DNA of 64,000 nucleotides from Bispira polyomma (lineage: Eukaryota), in assembly GCA_965649765.1 (NCBI GenBank), contig OZ287755.1, positions 3,720,001 through 3,784,000 on the forward strand, in the 5' to 3' direction. The notes under the pieces are model-generated. The model was not told where the DNA came from and did no database searches. It worked only from the letters and a program-made list of their open reading frames with translations. The first letter of the stretch is position 1. Each line of letters begins with the position of its first letter. Made by a program: the position numbers and the translations under genes. This document shows, piece after piece, positions 1-12,867 of this stretch.

Positions 1-1836
1 TCTTGGGTATTCTGGATGATATTCCAGTTACCATTTATAAGTCGGTTGATTTGAGGGTTGAAGGGTTTGAACTGGGTGACCATGACTGGGGTGTCCACTG
101 GTGTCTTAGTGAGCACTGTGTCTTAACAAATCATGAAAATTTGCTGGCCTTTTTGTAATGTTTTTTGAGGTAATTGAGTGGATATCCTCTTTTTAGGTAA
201 TAACCTGTTAACTTGTAGGCATTGTCCTTAAAGTCACTGTCTAGTGTACAGATTCTCCTAAGGCGCAAATACTGATCATATGGTCCCTTTTCAAGGACAC
301 TTTTAGGGTGGGCTGAGGTAAACTCCAGATACAAATGTGTATCAGTGGGTTTGTTAAAGAGAGTTGTGATGAGTTCTCTATTAGCTCCAAATTTGACCGT
401 TGTGTCTAAGAAGTTAATGTTGTCATGGCTATATTCTTGTGTGAATTTAATGGTTTGGTGTAGTGAATTGAGATACTCAAAGAATTGAATGAGCGTTTGT
501 TCATCATGTGTCCAGATCATAAAGATATCATCAATAAATCTTTTCCACACTAAGGGTTTTAATGAGTAACCATTTAGTGCCTTTGTCTCAAATCTGTCCA
601 TAAAAATGTTTACATAGTTGGGTGCTAAAGCTGTGCCCATAGCTGTCCCTCCTATCTGTAGGAAGTGGTCACCATTGAACTCAAAATTCATACTATGTAA
701 AACCAATTTGAGGAGATACAGTATGAACTTGGCTATGGGTGTTTTGGTTGTGTCCTTCCTTAGTTGTTCTGCTACAGCTAGTGTTCCTTCCTGATTAGGA
801 ATATTGGTTTTCAGTGATGATACACCAAGAGTACATAGGATTGCTCCTTGTGATAGGGCCCAAGTCTTTTATCTTTTTGATAAAGTCCTGAGTGTCTCTG
901 ATGTATGATTTAGTGGCTTGTACATATTTTTTGATATGTTCATCAACCAATACTAATTCTACTAGTAGGGTGGTTAACAGAACTACAGATTGGTCTACCA
1001 GGAACTCCTTGTTTATGTATTTTTGGGAGTAAGTGGAATCTACTTTCTGTGCAATTATCTGGGCTCAAGTGTTCTAAATTTCTGGCTGATATGAAGCCTT
1101 TTTGTCTCATTTGAATCAGGGTGTCTTTGACCTTTTGGCTAATGTCATTAGTGGTGTCATGGTCAAGTTGGGTGTAGAAGTTAGTATCACCTAATTGTCT
1201 ATAACCATCTCTGAGATAGTCAGTTGTGTTCATTACTACAACTGCTGAGCCTTTGTCCGCCTTTTTAATAACAATATTTGGGTTATTACTAAGTTCTCTA
1301 AGGCCAGTCATTTGACCTTTAGTTAGGTTGGGGTTCTTTCTGCATTTGATTTTACTTTTCAGTAATCCCAATTTAAAAGCTCTGTGGAAAACCTCTAGTG
1401 ACTGATGTGTTCTAGGTGGTTTCCAACTACTTTTATCTAAAAATTTTTTGTGAATTTCCTTATAGGGGTTTTCAGCTTCATCAAGGTTATTAGCCATGTA
1501 GTCCACTAAGTCCATTTCACTTTGGTCGAAGTTACTGAGGAGGTCGTTATATTGATAGAAATGGTATTTGAGGCAAAGTCTTCTGTGGAAGTCTTTGAAA
1601 TCCAACCAAATTTGTGACTTATTAGGTTGGCCTGGGATTGGGCAGAAGGTTAGATCTTTTTGTAATGCAGAGACTTGGTCACCACTCAGGGTCACATCTG
1701 ATAGGTTTATAACAGTGTGTCCAATGAGGGTGTCCATAGTTTTGTCTTTGGGAAGAATCCCTGGAGGAGCAATTTTGGCTTCTTCCTTAATTCTAGTAAG
1801 GATGTCTTGATAGTTATTCCTTTCCATCATTGACAA
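1..1836 (-). pseudogene. PLE reverse transcriptase, frameshifted (ORFs 943-1836, 131-706 and bridging sequence)
   Basis: Motifs above; closely similar to the + strand copy 10454-11921. Confidence 0.93.
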
Positions 1837-2004
1837 TGTGGATATGGAATTGGATACTGAGGTCCAAAAGGGGCTACCGGTTGGCTCCCCTTTGTTGTCA
1901 AGGTGAGTATAATAACAATATACAAATTTAAATAAATTGTATTTTATTTATATACAAATCTTACATTAGAGTTGTATGTGTGATAAGACAAAATAAATTT
2001 ATTT

Positions 2005-2758
2005 TTAATTAGTTTGCTGAGTCCATGACTGAATTTGTCTATCGTTATTTTGGACATTTTTGCCCCTTCTCTGGTAGGGTGCAGGTTGTCTCCTGGGTTT
2101 CTTTGTTGGTGGGCCAGGGCGCCTTTCTGGTTTTCTCTGCTTGAGTACTTTAGTGGAGGCAGCTGTTTTGTACCTCTCATTCAGGGTGTCCTTGACTTCT
2201 TTGAATTGGGTGGGGTAAAGGATTGTCTCTAGTTGTGCCAGGACTGTTTGGATCTCGGATTTGGTTCCACAATATTTTCTGTTTAAGTCCTCAGAAAGTT
2301 GGTGTGTCAATTCTCTTCTGCATCGATTGACACACTCAACCCACTTTGTTTTGAAGACTTCATCAGTTGACACAGATGGTGTGCATCTGAAAGCTGTCTG
2401 TACAGGAAACTTTGCACTCTTAAGGTTGTCTTTGATGAAGTGTATGTTAGTGGCAATACTTCTTTCTGTAAAGGTTTTTCCCTTTCAGATACAGAGGTTT
2501 TGCTTCAGGTGGGTACTTCTCTCTACTGAGGCTGGTTCGCTCAGATGAGGGTGACTCCATTCTCTTCCTCTTTTTATTTTTTGGTTTCTGGTTAGGTTCA
2601 TTAAGTTTTTTTGAAACTTCTTCCAGTAAAGATATGGTCTCACTGCTCAGTTGGGTGACTGGAATTGGGGTGCCAGTAGCTGGAGTATTGAAAGCTGTGT
2701 GACTGTCCACTTTTAGGTGGTTGATAGCAGTGCTAAGGGCAGTATCACTCTCACTCAT
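2005..2758 (-). pseudogene. PLE upstream ORF / N-terminal region (basic, NLS-like KNKKRKR), frameshifted
   Basis: ORFs 2447-2758 and 2005-2373 join via one frameshift; ATG at 2758 follows the same leader that follows the hammerhead. Confidence 0.7.
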
Positions 2759-2796
2759 TTTGACCCAGTAAAATTAAGAAAGATATGATGTGTGTG

Positions 2797-3478
2797 AGAC
2801 ACTTCTCACAGAAACACCCTACCCAGAATGATTTCCAGAATATCCTGGACTGTGTTGATGAGTCATCCTATCAAGGTAGCTATACAGGCACTAGTAACAG
2901 TTTCCTTGACCAGTTCATTCCGGCGCACTCAGACCTAACCAACAGACCCAGTCAGGCATCGTCAGTGATCACTGACAGTAACATTGGCCACCCATGTGTA
3001 TTGAGTGAAACAATATATACCAAAACTACTGTCAGCACCACCACCCAGACTGACATGTGCCCTACCTAAACCGATGGAGGTGATACATTTTGGGACAAAT
3101 ACTACTCGTTTTACAAGGGACAAAAACTCCCAAGCTACAGTCACAATGACTAATGCCTCCTGCTCACCCCACAACAAACAAGTGGATGACCACACCACTG
3201 TATCACCTTGGTCACCCGCCCAAGATGATCCACCACACACTCCTGGGGACAGGATCCCACAATACTTTTCATGCAGGTACCAGGAGGATCGCCTCAGACG
3301 TAATCTCCCCATAGCAGTGGGTAAGGGGATAGAAAGACATCCACCTGAAAACCCTTTCCCACCACACCTAGATTCTCCCACTGAAGTAAAGTGGGGAAAT
3401 ATCACATCACCAGATAGGTGTTTTAATTTGATGGATTATTTGGATACCTTGTGCGGGGATATCACCCCACCACTATAG
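2797..3478 (+). pseudogene. PLE accessory zinc-finger ORF, 5'-truncated and frameshifted (homologue of 12868-13627)
   Basis: FQNILDCVD vs FKNILECVD; PPHTPGDRIPQYF vs PPATPGKELPCYY; KWGNI..FNLMDYLDTLC vs QWGNL..FHLLECLENRC. Confidence 0.8.
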
Positions 3479-4183
3479 ACATTTTAAAATATATATTATC
3501 TGTTTATGAAGATTATCAGTAGCACTGATTAACTCAAACTACTAATCAAAAATTAGTATAGACTATACGGTATTTAAGTATTATGTGTCTGTATATTAAA
3601 ACCTACACAAATATATGTGTATATATCTATATATATCTTAATTAATAAATTAAAGTATAGCCCTAACAAAATACCAACTGTTTTCTTAAAAAACTCGGAA
3701 GGTATTACTATTGGTCAAAAATTATATTTCCTGATGGACACCAGAAATACTGGATTCCACATTTAATATAAAATCTAATCAATACCATAACAACTGTAAT
3801 GAGACCTAAAATGGCCTCCATGTGGACATTTTTTCCACCCACTGATCATACTTGAATTTCAACCCAAAAACATTTGTGGACCAATAAACCCCATAAATAT
3901 TCATACTTGGTAAACCATAATTTTACAGCAACTGAACATATATAACATGTGAACGCACTGACAGATAAGTACTGAATTATGACCACCTAACAAATCCTTT
4001 GAATTAATAATTTTTTGATTATTTTGGGCTAATATGGACTTACAATATTACCCCCAAAAATAATCCATAAATGGAATGGCTCCCCTTAAAATTTATGGCT
4101 CCGGCAGAGGAAATCAAGGCTCCCCTGGAGCCAGGTGGAGCCACTTTTAGTACCTCGAGGGAAAATTAAAAAATCAGTTATCA

Positions 4184-4250
4184 GCCTCTGATGAGATAAT
4201 CCAATAAGATTTTCGAAATATATACAAAGATATGAAGGTATATATAAGGC
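4184..4250 (+). ncRNA. Type I hammerhead ribozyme
   Basis: GCCT-CTGATGA-gataatc/caataa/gattttc-GAAA-tatatac/loop/gtatata-TA-AGGC: full catalytic core with stems I, II, III pairing. Confidence 0.9.
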
Positions 4251-5592
4251 ATATTGTTGGAGAAGACAAATACACCTCTCTCACACACATCGTATCTTTC
4301 TTAAAAGTCCATATATCTCACTTATTATTGGTACCAGAGGTTTGGAGTGCCAAACCAACCTGTAGAACATCATGGGCTGCTAATCTTTTGCTGTGGTCAG
4401 ATTTGACCTTGGATCCCTAGTGCAAGGTCAAACGGGTAGGCCTATCTCCCACATGTTTGAAATGTGAAACCCACTTGTGCGATTTAAGGCTTTAGCATAA
4501 ATTCCCTATAGAAAATCATAGGCTCCTAGCTTGGATGCTAGCTAGGGTGCTTTGTACCTAAGGTGCTTGCTACCTAGGGTGCTTTGTCTTTCTGATGGAT
4601 ACAAATATCATCGGTTCTCTGATGCACTAGGTTTAGTTATCTCTTGTTAATTGCTAATATTTGGAATATTCAAGAGACATTTCAGTTTCCAAATCACCAC
4701 AGCAGAATGTTTTAAAAACCTCCAGGATCTGAAGTTCATAAAACCAGAGGAATATAATATTCAGAAAACCTTTCAGAAGCAATATTACAAAAAAAAAACA
4801 AATTGTAATTTCTGTTTTAAATGTTTATTTTGTAAAGCTAGATGTCTCTTAGAATACAGCTGTCAATGGTTGTAGATGAACAGCTCATTTTGTTATCAAG
4901 TGCCTTCCTTTAACTCTTACTGTTTAACTACCATTTTGTGGGGGTCGTGTATCTTGTTATACAAATGGTTTGTGTTTACCTCTGTATATTTATGGATGAT
5001 TATTTGTATTTAGAAAGGTTACGTTTCTTTGTGCTCTGGTTTGTTTTATGTTTCTTTAAAAGTACATGTCATAGATAATAGTTTTGTATAGGTGGGTTTT
5101 TTGTGTTGTCTTTTTGGCTTTGTTTATCATACTTGTATTACTTGTCACCATAAGTTTTGTGATTTTGCTATTATTCAAACCTTTACCACCATAACTTTAT
5201 TTAGTTGTGTATGTAGAAGTTCATGTTCCCCAGCTATTGTTAGTTATGACCAAACTACTAGAGGTTTTGTACGTCAACATACTTTGTTATTGGACTGTAT
5301 TTAATGTGGACATTTTGTGAATAAATTTGATGAAAATGAAAAAAAAATTCTCTTTGAAACAAAAAGTAAATTGCAAACATTTAGAAAATTGAAGGGATGT
5401 TTCTTAGTCCTCACAGCAGAAATGTTTTTAAAGCCTCCATGATCTTAAATTTATAAAACATTAGGAAGTAACATTTGGAAAACTCAAAAGCAAATGTTAT
5501 CCTGGCTTACATTCAATTTTATTCAAACATTTGGTAAATCTTTGAAAAACGCTTCATTTTTTTATGGGGCACGAGCATCATTTCTCTGACTC

Positions 5593-5860
5593 GCATAGAT
5601 GTCGGCCATACAGTAGTAGTGTGTAGATAAGATCTCTCATGGTCTGTTAGTTATAGAATGGGTCTGGTGATGGGAAGGTCCCATAGATGTGAGCCATACA
5701 GTAGTTCTGTGTAGATTAGATCTCCCTTGGTCTAGTGGTAATGGAGTTTGTCTGGTGATCAGAAGGTCCCATAGATGTGAGCCAAACAGTAGTACTGTGT
5801 AGATTAGATCTTCTATGGTCTGGTGGTTAGGGAGTGGGTATGGTGATTAGAAGGTCCCTG
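5593..5860. repeat. Minisatellite, ~87-bp unit, ~3 copies
   Basis: Recurrent catagatgtgagccatacagtagt..gtgtagattagatct..gaaggtccc. Confidence 0.85.
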
Positions 5861-6001
5861 GTTAGACTCTTGCTATTGCAGCTAGGTTCATTGGGGGAGA
5901 TCATTTTTGGGCAAGAGCATGCCATTAAATACTGATGGTGACCAAGGCTATAGTGTGGGATCACTGTTTCAGAGAACCTACGCCTTAGGGGATTATATGA
6001 A

Positions 6002-6385
6002 TAGATGCTGTAACCTTGACTAGGGGTCAGTCTCTGTTGTAGAGCTTGGGTACAGTCAGGTTACAAAGATATATAAGGAGATGGTCTAACCTTGACTAGG
6101 GATCAATCTGTTGTAACCTTGACCAGTGGTCAGTCTGGTAGAGATTAGATACAGTCAGGTTACAATGATATACAAGTAGATGGTCTAACCTTGACCAGAG
6201 GTCAGTCTGTGGTAGAGCTTAGGTACAGTCGTATTACAATGATATATGAGTAGATGGTCTAACATTGACCAGAGGTCAGTCTGCGGTAGAGCTTGGGTAC
6301 AGTCCGGTTACAATGATATATAAGTGGATGGTCTAACCTTGACCAGAGGTCAGTCTGTGAAAGAGCTTGGGTAGGCAGGTCTATG
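6002..6385. repeat. Minisatellite, ~70-bp unit, ~5 copies
   Basis: Recurrent agatggtctaaccttgaccagaggtcagtctg..agagcttgggtacagtcaggttacaatgatata. Confidence 0.85.
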
Positions 6386-7781
6386 ATTATAGGAAAAAGA
6401 ATTTGATAGTATTTATTGGTTTTATTTTGACACAAATACATCTGATGCACAAACCTAGGATGCCATTTCCCCTGGCATTATTTATAGTTCCACACCTGGA
6501 GAGCGAGAAATCAATAACATAATCTAGTACTTTAACCTAAACTGACCAAATTACTACCCAGGCCGACAACTCCAATGTAGCCTTTGAACATTTTTAGGGG
6601 CCACAGATATTGGTTATAAGCATCTGCTTTAGATCACTGGCCTCTCACCTCAGTTATCCATTCCAAGATTTCTCCTTCTCACCACTACATAACTACATAC
6701 ACAACCCTATCTCTTTTCACAAGGACCCTAACAAACCAAACAAGTTTAGTTCGATCACCAATATATACTCAATCTAACATCAATGGGGTTACAGTCATCA
6801 TACAAAAGTGATTTCAACTGACCATTTTTAACCAGACGTTTGCGCATGCGAAAGCGTTGGTTTTCCTCACTGAAGTTCTGGCATCTTGGGTAGGAACAAG
6901 TAAATCTTGGAACTGGAAGCGAGATATGGTCTGAAATTCAGAACAAATATAGATTTGGGCTTGATGTGCTGTGATTTTTTTAAATTCAGGAATAATTGAT
7001 TTTTTATGAGATTAGTATCGTCCAACAGGGCCTCGCTTTCGAAATTGTAGTTTATAGCTTTGAAATCGCGTGCCCAGTAGGTCCAGAGGAATTCCAGGTC
7101 CAAAAATGAAAGATCAATTTCTATAAAAACTATTAATACGTGAGTAGTCATAATAGAAAATCAAATCTAAAACAATTAGAATTTGTAAAATATATTGCCT
7201 TAATAGTCGCAAATGGTTTTATTTATTTTATTTTTTTTTTTTTTTGCTTTCAAACGAAATTGATGCAAACAACAAACACAGGCTTGCGAAACCAGGTCTC
7301 ATATTTGATTTTTGAGTCAACATCTTTCTTTGAAAATAAAAGATTGAAACTAAATAATGACAATTGGATCTTCAAATTTAATAATAAATTACCTTAAAGG
7401 TCACAAATAGTTTAGTTTGTTTCAAATTTCTTCTTCACGAATTTTGAAGTATACATATTATGTACTTCGTTCTAGCCTGCCCTAATGCACGCATTCAACC
7501 GAAATCAAGCCAGACACACACAGACTTCCTAGGATTTCTATTGGTGCTCATTTGGAGGTAAACTGGTTTCAACATATTTTCATATCCAATCAGAAAATCT
7601 CTTGCAAACCCTAATGGCGATCTCTGTGTATAAATAGTTGTAAACAATGAATTTTATCTTAGGCGAGGCGGGATTGGCTGAAAGTCTGGGGATTTTCTAG
7701 CAATATAAAACCACAACTCATGACGGCAAAAACAATATAAAAATTAAAAGTAAAATGTTATTTAAGAAAATTATTCAGTGT

Positions 7782-7880
7782 ACAGAGTTAACACGCTTGT
7801 CTCCCACCTCACTGTTATTTACAGAGCTAACACACTTGTCTCCCACCTCAGTGGTGCTAAAACACTTGTCTCCCACTTTA
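7782..7880. repeat. Short tandem repeat, ~35-38 bp x3
   Basis: acagagctaacacacttgtctcccacctca repeated. Confidence 0.8.
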
Positions 7881-8653
7881 GTTTATTAAATTGAACATTG
7901 TTTAGCTATAGATGATTAAAAATCATCCATAATTACCCAGATGGTAAATTTTAGTGATGGACTAAGCCTCACATACAAATTTAGCTTTACGTTGACGATA
8001 TAAATGTTATATATTTCATATAATCATTATGTATTTCACCCCACAGCAGCTGTATTAAATACAAATTATATAACATCATTTTAGAGAGCAAAATAAATTT
8101 TATTGCCGCACATTAAATTGAGACCGTTAATTAATATACTTAATACTTATATTTTGTGTTGAGTTTTGGGTCAGTAAATTTTAAGATGTAATATTAGTTT
8201 GTGGTATATATTATACATACGTTACATACATTGTTCAGTTAAAATAATTTCGTTCTATCACTACCATATTACTTCCATTTAATTAAGCACATCACTAAAA
8301 GGCTTACTTATTTATACGTTTATATAGTATCACTGTTGACTGAGGTAACTTTACCACGTCACACACAAGAGAACGTCATTTTTGTTTTCAATTACGTCAC
8401 AAAAGTTATTGTTACTATCGTAAAACGAAGTCCTCATTCGTCTTATCATTGCCTCTGTTTACCACATTGCTTTGTGACGTCACACAAATGTTTTGTCATC
8501 TCTAACAAGGAGTGACGTCACTGCATTGGTTTCTAGGACCAGTTCAGTTAGTTTTACTGGCTACTGCGAGTTGTATCTTGAGTTAAAAATCTTATTTTTG
8601 ATTGAATTGTCAAGTCTTGTTATTGGATTGTGGGTTAAGAATTGTGTTCCTAA

Positions 8654-8806
8654 ATGGTAGACATCATGTCTGCCGATCAGGTTGACGAGTTTGGAAGGAG
8701 TAGGAGGAGAAACGGAGGTGGAGGGAGGTTGAGGAGGAGAATGACCAGAATTCTGAGAAGAATCCGTGTGGGGATGAGGTTTGTGTGCTGTGGAAGAGAC
8801 TTACAG
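8654..8806 (+). CDS. Candidate short Arg/Gly-rich first exon or small ORF (MVDIMSADQ..RRIRVGMRFVCCGRDLQ) interrupted by a MITE
   Basis: 51 open codons from ATG; removing the MITE gives CAG|gtaatt, a plausible donor. Confidence 0.3.
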
Positions 8807-9350
8807 GCCTGTATTCACTAAAGTTATTATACTTAGAATAATTCTTATACTTAGAATTATTCTTGGAAAAATTCTAATTCTTAGAATTTTGCTTATACTT
8901 ACAAAATTTTCTATTTAAACATTTTTTATTCTTATTCTTAGAATAAGAATTTTCTTAGCTTTTCTTGCAAATAAGAATGCCATGTTTTTTTTCTTAACTT
9001 AAGTAAGGTCTTGACCATTCTTGGAATGAAAGCTCATTCTTAAAAAAATTTCTAAGAATACTCAAAAATTCTAAGTATAAGAATTATTCTAAGTATGAGA
9101 ACTTTAGTAAACACCAAAAATTCTTATTATAAGTATAAGAACTTTACTGAATACGGCCCCTGGCATTCTTATGTATTGCTTTTCACAATTCTTACTTAAA
9201 AGAATTATTATTCTATGAATAAGAATATAAAAATTCTTAGAATAGAAAATTTTCTAAATATAAGAATAATTCTTATTCTAAGTATAATAATGATTCTTAT
9301 TCTAAGTATAAGAATTATTTTGAGTATAAGAACTTTAGTGAATACGTGCC
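8806..9350. mobile_element. PIF/Harbinger-type MITE (with extra internal right end at ~9159)
   Basis: TIRs gcctgtattcactaaagtt / aactttagtgaatacgtgcc, CAG on both sides, internal TAAGAAT/ATTCTTA repeats. Confidence 0.75.
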
Positions 9351-10312
9351 CAGGTAATTATAGTAATAATAATAAGAGACGAGGGTTGTTTGTGTGTTTG
9401 TGCGCAGTGGGAAAGAGACGCCTATAAATAGTCCTGGTGAGTATTGACTATAGTCCTGGTAGGAGCACACGAGGATAGACTAGAACATAATATATTATAC
9501 TAATGAATAGTAAAGGTAAAGGTAGTAAGACATTAACAGTAATGCTGGGGGGAATGTTGAGATGTATAGGAGTTGGATAAGTTGGGGGGGGGGGGGGGCT
9601 TGAACATAAGAAAGGGTTGTTGAGTTGGATAAGTTAGGGGGGGGGGGGGGCTTGAACAGAAGAAAGGGCTGTTGAGTTGTTGTTTTTTATGGGGAGAGGG
9701 GGTGCCGGACCATGAACAGAAAAAAGGGGCAGTGGGGGAGGCTAATAGCACCACAGGTCATTCTGACAGTCATGATGAAATAATGTTAATTACAAATATA
9801 GACATATATAAAAAACATCTAATATAGCAACGAAATGCCAAAAATGGCCTCCACTTGTTTTATACTTGTTATTAGAATGTGACAGTGATATGTTAAATTG
9901 CTTTAGTAACCAATCTTATATGCCATTGTAACTTTTTAGTGTTTATCACTCATTATTACCTATTTATCAGCCATTTGTATTAATTTTAAGGTGAATCAGG
10001 TGACATGACATATACATGACAAATATGTAACATTATCATAAACTCTTTTGAACTGAAGCCAATGCTTTAATTATTCTGATGGTACACAGAGCTAAGGACA
10101 GAGCTCACTTGTACTTGTTTTCATCATAAATCTTGGACGGTATATTTCCACCCATGTTACAACAAATATAAATTGTTATATTTTCTTTTTAGGCAAAATT
10201 AGTGATATATATTATCCCACTGAGGAGCATCTCAGATTAGAAACATTCCAAACCTATTATATTCGGTAATTTTACCACTCTTGGAGCCTTCGACTACGTG
10301 TTACAACGTATA

Positions 10313-12528
10313 TCATTTTGCCCAACCCCAGGCCCACCAAATAAATCAAAAATTTGGTTGGACTTCAAGGAATTCCATAGGCGTCTTTGCTTAAAATATC
10401 ATTTTTACAATGACAATGGTCAACTCAGTTATTTGAACTAGTCTGACTCCGAATTGCTTGAATTTTTGGCATTGAACTTAGAGGAAAGTGAAAATCCCTA
10501 CAAGGATATTCACCAAAAATTTGTGAATAAAAGCTCATGGAAACCACCTAGAATACACCAATCTCTTGAAATTTTCCAAAGAGCTTTTAAATCTAGCCTC
10601 TTAAACAGTAAGACCCCCCACAAAAGATCCAAAAATCTTACTAAGGCACAATTCTCAGGCCTCAAAGAACTTAATGACAACCCAGACATTGTCATCAAAA
10701 AGGCAGATAAAGGCTCAGCAGTAGTAGTTATGAATACCACTGATTATCTGAGAGAAGGGTATAGACAACTCTCAGACACCAATTTCTATACTAAACTGGA
10801 CTCTGATCCTACTGTAGACATCTCCACCAAAGTGTCTAAAACCCTACACCAAATGAAACATAAGGGGCTCATTAGCGATAAAAACCTTGAACATTTATTA
10901 CCAGATAATTGCTCAGAAGGCAGATTTTATCTCCTACCAAACATTCACAAAAAAGGTGTGCCAGGCAGACCCATTTGTAGCTCAGTACAGCACCGTACCA
11001 GTAGAATCAGTAAGTTTGTGGATGAACATATTAAGAAATATGTACCACAGACACAATCATATATTAGAGACACTGAAGACTTTATCTCTAAACTCAGAGA
11101 TATAGACCAAATACCTGAAGGTGCAATTCTTTGCACTTTGGATGTGTCATCACTCTATACCAACATCCCAAATCATGAAGGTATACTAGCAGTGGCTCAC
11201 CACCTCGGAACAGACCCCACCAAATCACCTATAGCTAGCTTCATACTGAATCTACTCAAATTAGTTCTTCACAGTATGAATTTTGAATTTAATGGGGATC
11301 ATTATATCCAAATAGGAGGTACAGCTATGGGCACATCACTTGCACCCAACTATGCAAATCTTTTCATGGACAGATTTGAAACAAAAGCTATCACTTAAAA
11401 CTATTAGTGTGGAAAAGATTTATTGATGACATCTTTATGATTTGGATCCATGGTGAAAATGCGTTAATGCAATTCGGGAATTAACTAACATTCACCAAAC
11501 CATTAAATTCACATATGAATACAGCAGAACCCACATAGATTTTTTAGACACAACAGTCAAATTTAATCCACAAAGAGAACTCATCACCACCCTGTATAAC
11601 AAACCCACTGATACACACTTGTATCTTCACCACACCTCAGCACACCCAAAAAGTGTTTTGGATAAAGGTCCATATGGGCAATACCTCAGACTTAGGCGCA
11701 TATGCACACTAAATGAGGATTTCACCAGCAATGCCAAGAAACTCACTGAGTACTACCTTGCTCGTGGTTACCCCATTAAATCCCTCAGGGGTCACTTCAG
11801 AAAGGCAAATAAATTCACTCAAGCACAATTACTTGCGGTAAATAAAAGGGAGCAAAATGACCCTCTAGTTTTAGTAACTGAATACAACCCAATGAACCCT
11901 GACATTAAAGGGCTCATTTAAAATAATTGGAATATTATCCAACACACTGATGACCTAAAGAAAATATTCAATGAAAAACCTATCATTGGATTCAAGAGGC
12001 TACCTAACCTCAGAGATAAACTTACCTCTGCCAAAATTCTGCACCCTGCAGACAGCTGTGAACAGTCATTAATAGACCTCCTACCTGTCTGTACCAGATT
12101 GGGCAAGTGCACATACTGCCCCAAACTTAAGAAACTGGATCAGTTTACCAGTTTTCATACAAAAAAGGTTTATAAGTGTATTAATCTCCCACCAAAACCC
12201 CGTCTCACATGTGAATTATATAATTTGATTGACATGATCAACTGTAATCAATGTGGATTACAATACATAGGGGAAACCAAGAGGCCATTTAGACAAAGGA
12301 TGTATGAACACATAAGAAGTGTCAGCAATCCAAAACTACAATCATCCACCCCAGTATCAAGGCATTTTAGTCAGAGACAACACTGCTAAAAATATGGAGT
12401 TTAGTATTGTCCATTGGTTAGGTCTGGATAATAAGGCAAATAGTACAGAGCGACGCAGGCGTCAGGAACTGTACTACATATGGGCCTTACCAACCCTTAC
12501 CCCCACTGGAATTAATGTATTTGTGTGA
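10313..12528 (+). pseudogene. PLE RT + CxxxxCxxC linker + GIY-YIG endonuclease, several stops/frameshifts
   Basis: LDVSSLYTNIP, GTAMGT, KRFIDD; CTRLGKCTYC; NLIDMINCNQCGLQYIGETKRPFRQRMYEH; E..YIWAL.TL.P.GIN terminus. Confidence 0.95.
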
Positions 12529-12867
12529 TGAGGCCCTCTTACCTGGCACCCTTACCCTAGTGCCCCCTTTCCCTTTATATTCTTATGTTGGGCCCTTCAC
12601 TCAACAGAGCTCAAACGCCTATCTAGGCTCTATTGATGTCACAACGTCACCCTGACATAATGCACCCTTTTAACATCACGTTACGATCAGGGCATTATGA
12701 CGTCACCGTCACCAGGCAATTCACCTTACTTACCTGGATATTTTGTCTGACTACACAAAACAAGCTGTATTTGAATTGCCCATATACAAGTGGCACCTCT
12801 CTTTTTTAGTTATTTTTGTGAAAAAAATTTTTTGTGATTGATATAGTAATTAAACTAATTCTGAATA

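Larger units (their letters stand above)
1..4304 (-). mobile_element. Penelope-like retroelement copy 1 (Neptune-type), frameshifted, runs off window start; 3' module (2800-4304) inverted onto + strand
   Basis: Minus-strand RT fragments with PLE motifs (IKKADKGSAVVVM, LPKIHK..PGRPI, GTAMGT, KRFIDDIFMIW, NFLD, KPTD), upstream basic ORF, hammerhead at 4184-4250, 26-bp inverted duplication 2774-2799 / 4279-4304. Confidence 0.92.

Noticed and set aside
1837-2004. Intron joining PLE ORF1 to RT
   Set aside because: gtaag and cag candidates exist, but ORF1 stops before the donor and no second copy is available to confirm
5593-6385. CRISPR-like array
   Set aside because: Whole units repeat with no unique spacers; eukaryotic context, no cas genes
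10216-10300. CTGAGGA..GAAA hammerhead-like words just before PLE copy 2
   Set aside because: Stem II closing pairs mismatch and no convincing stems I/III
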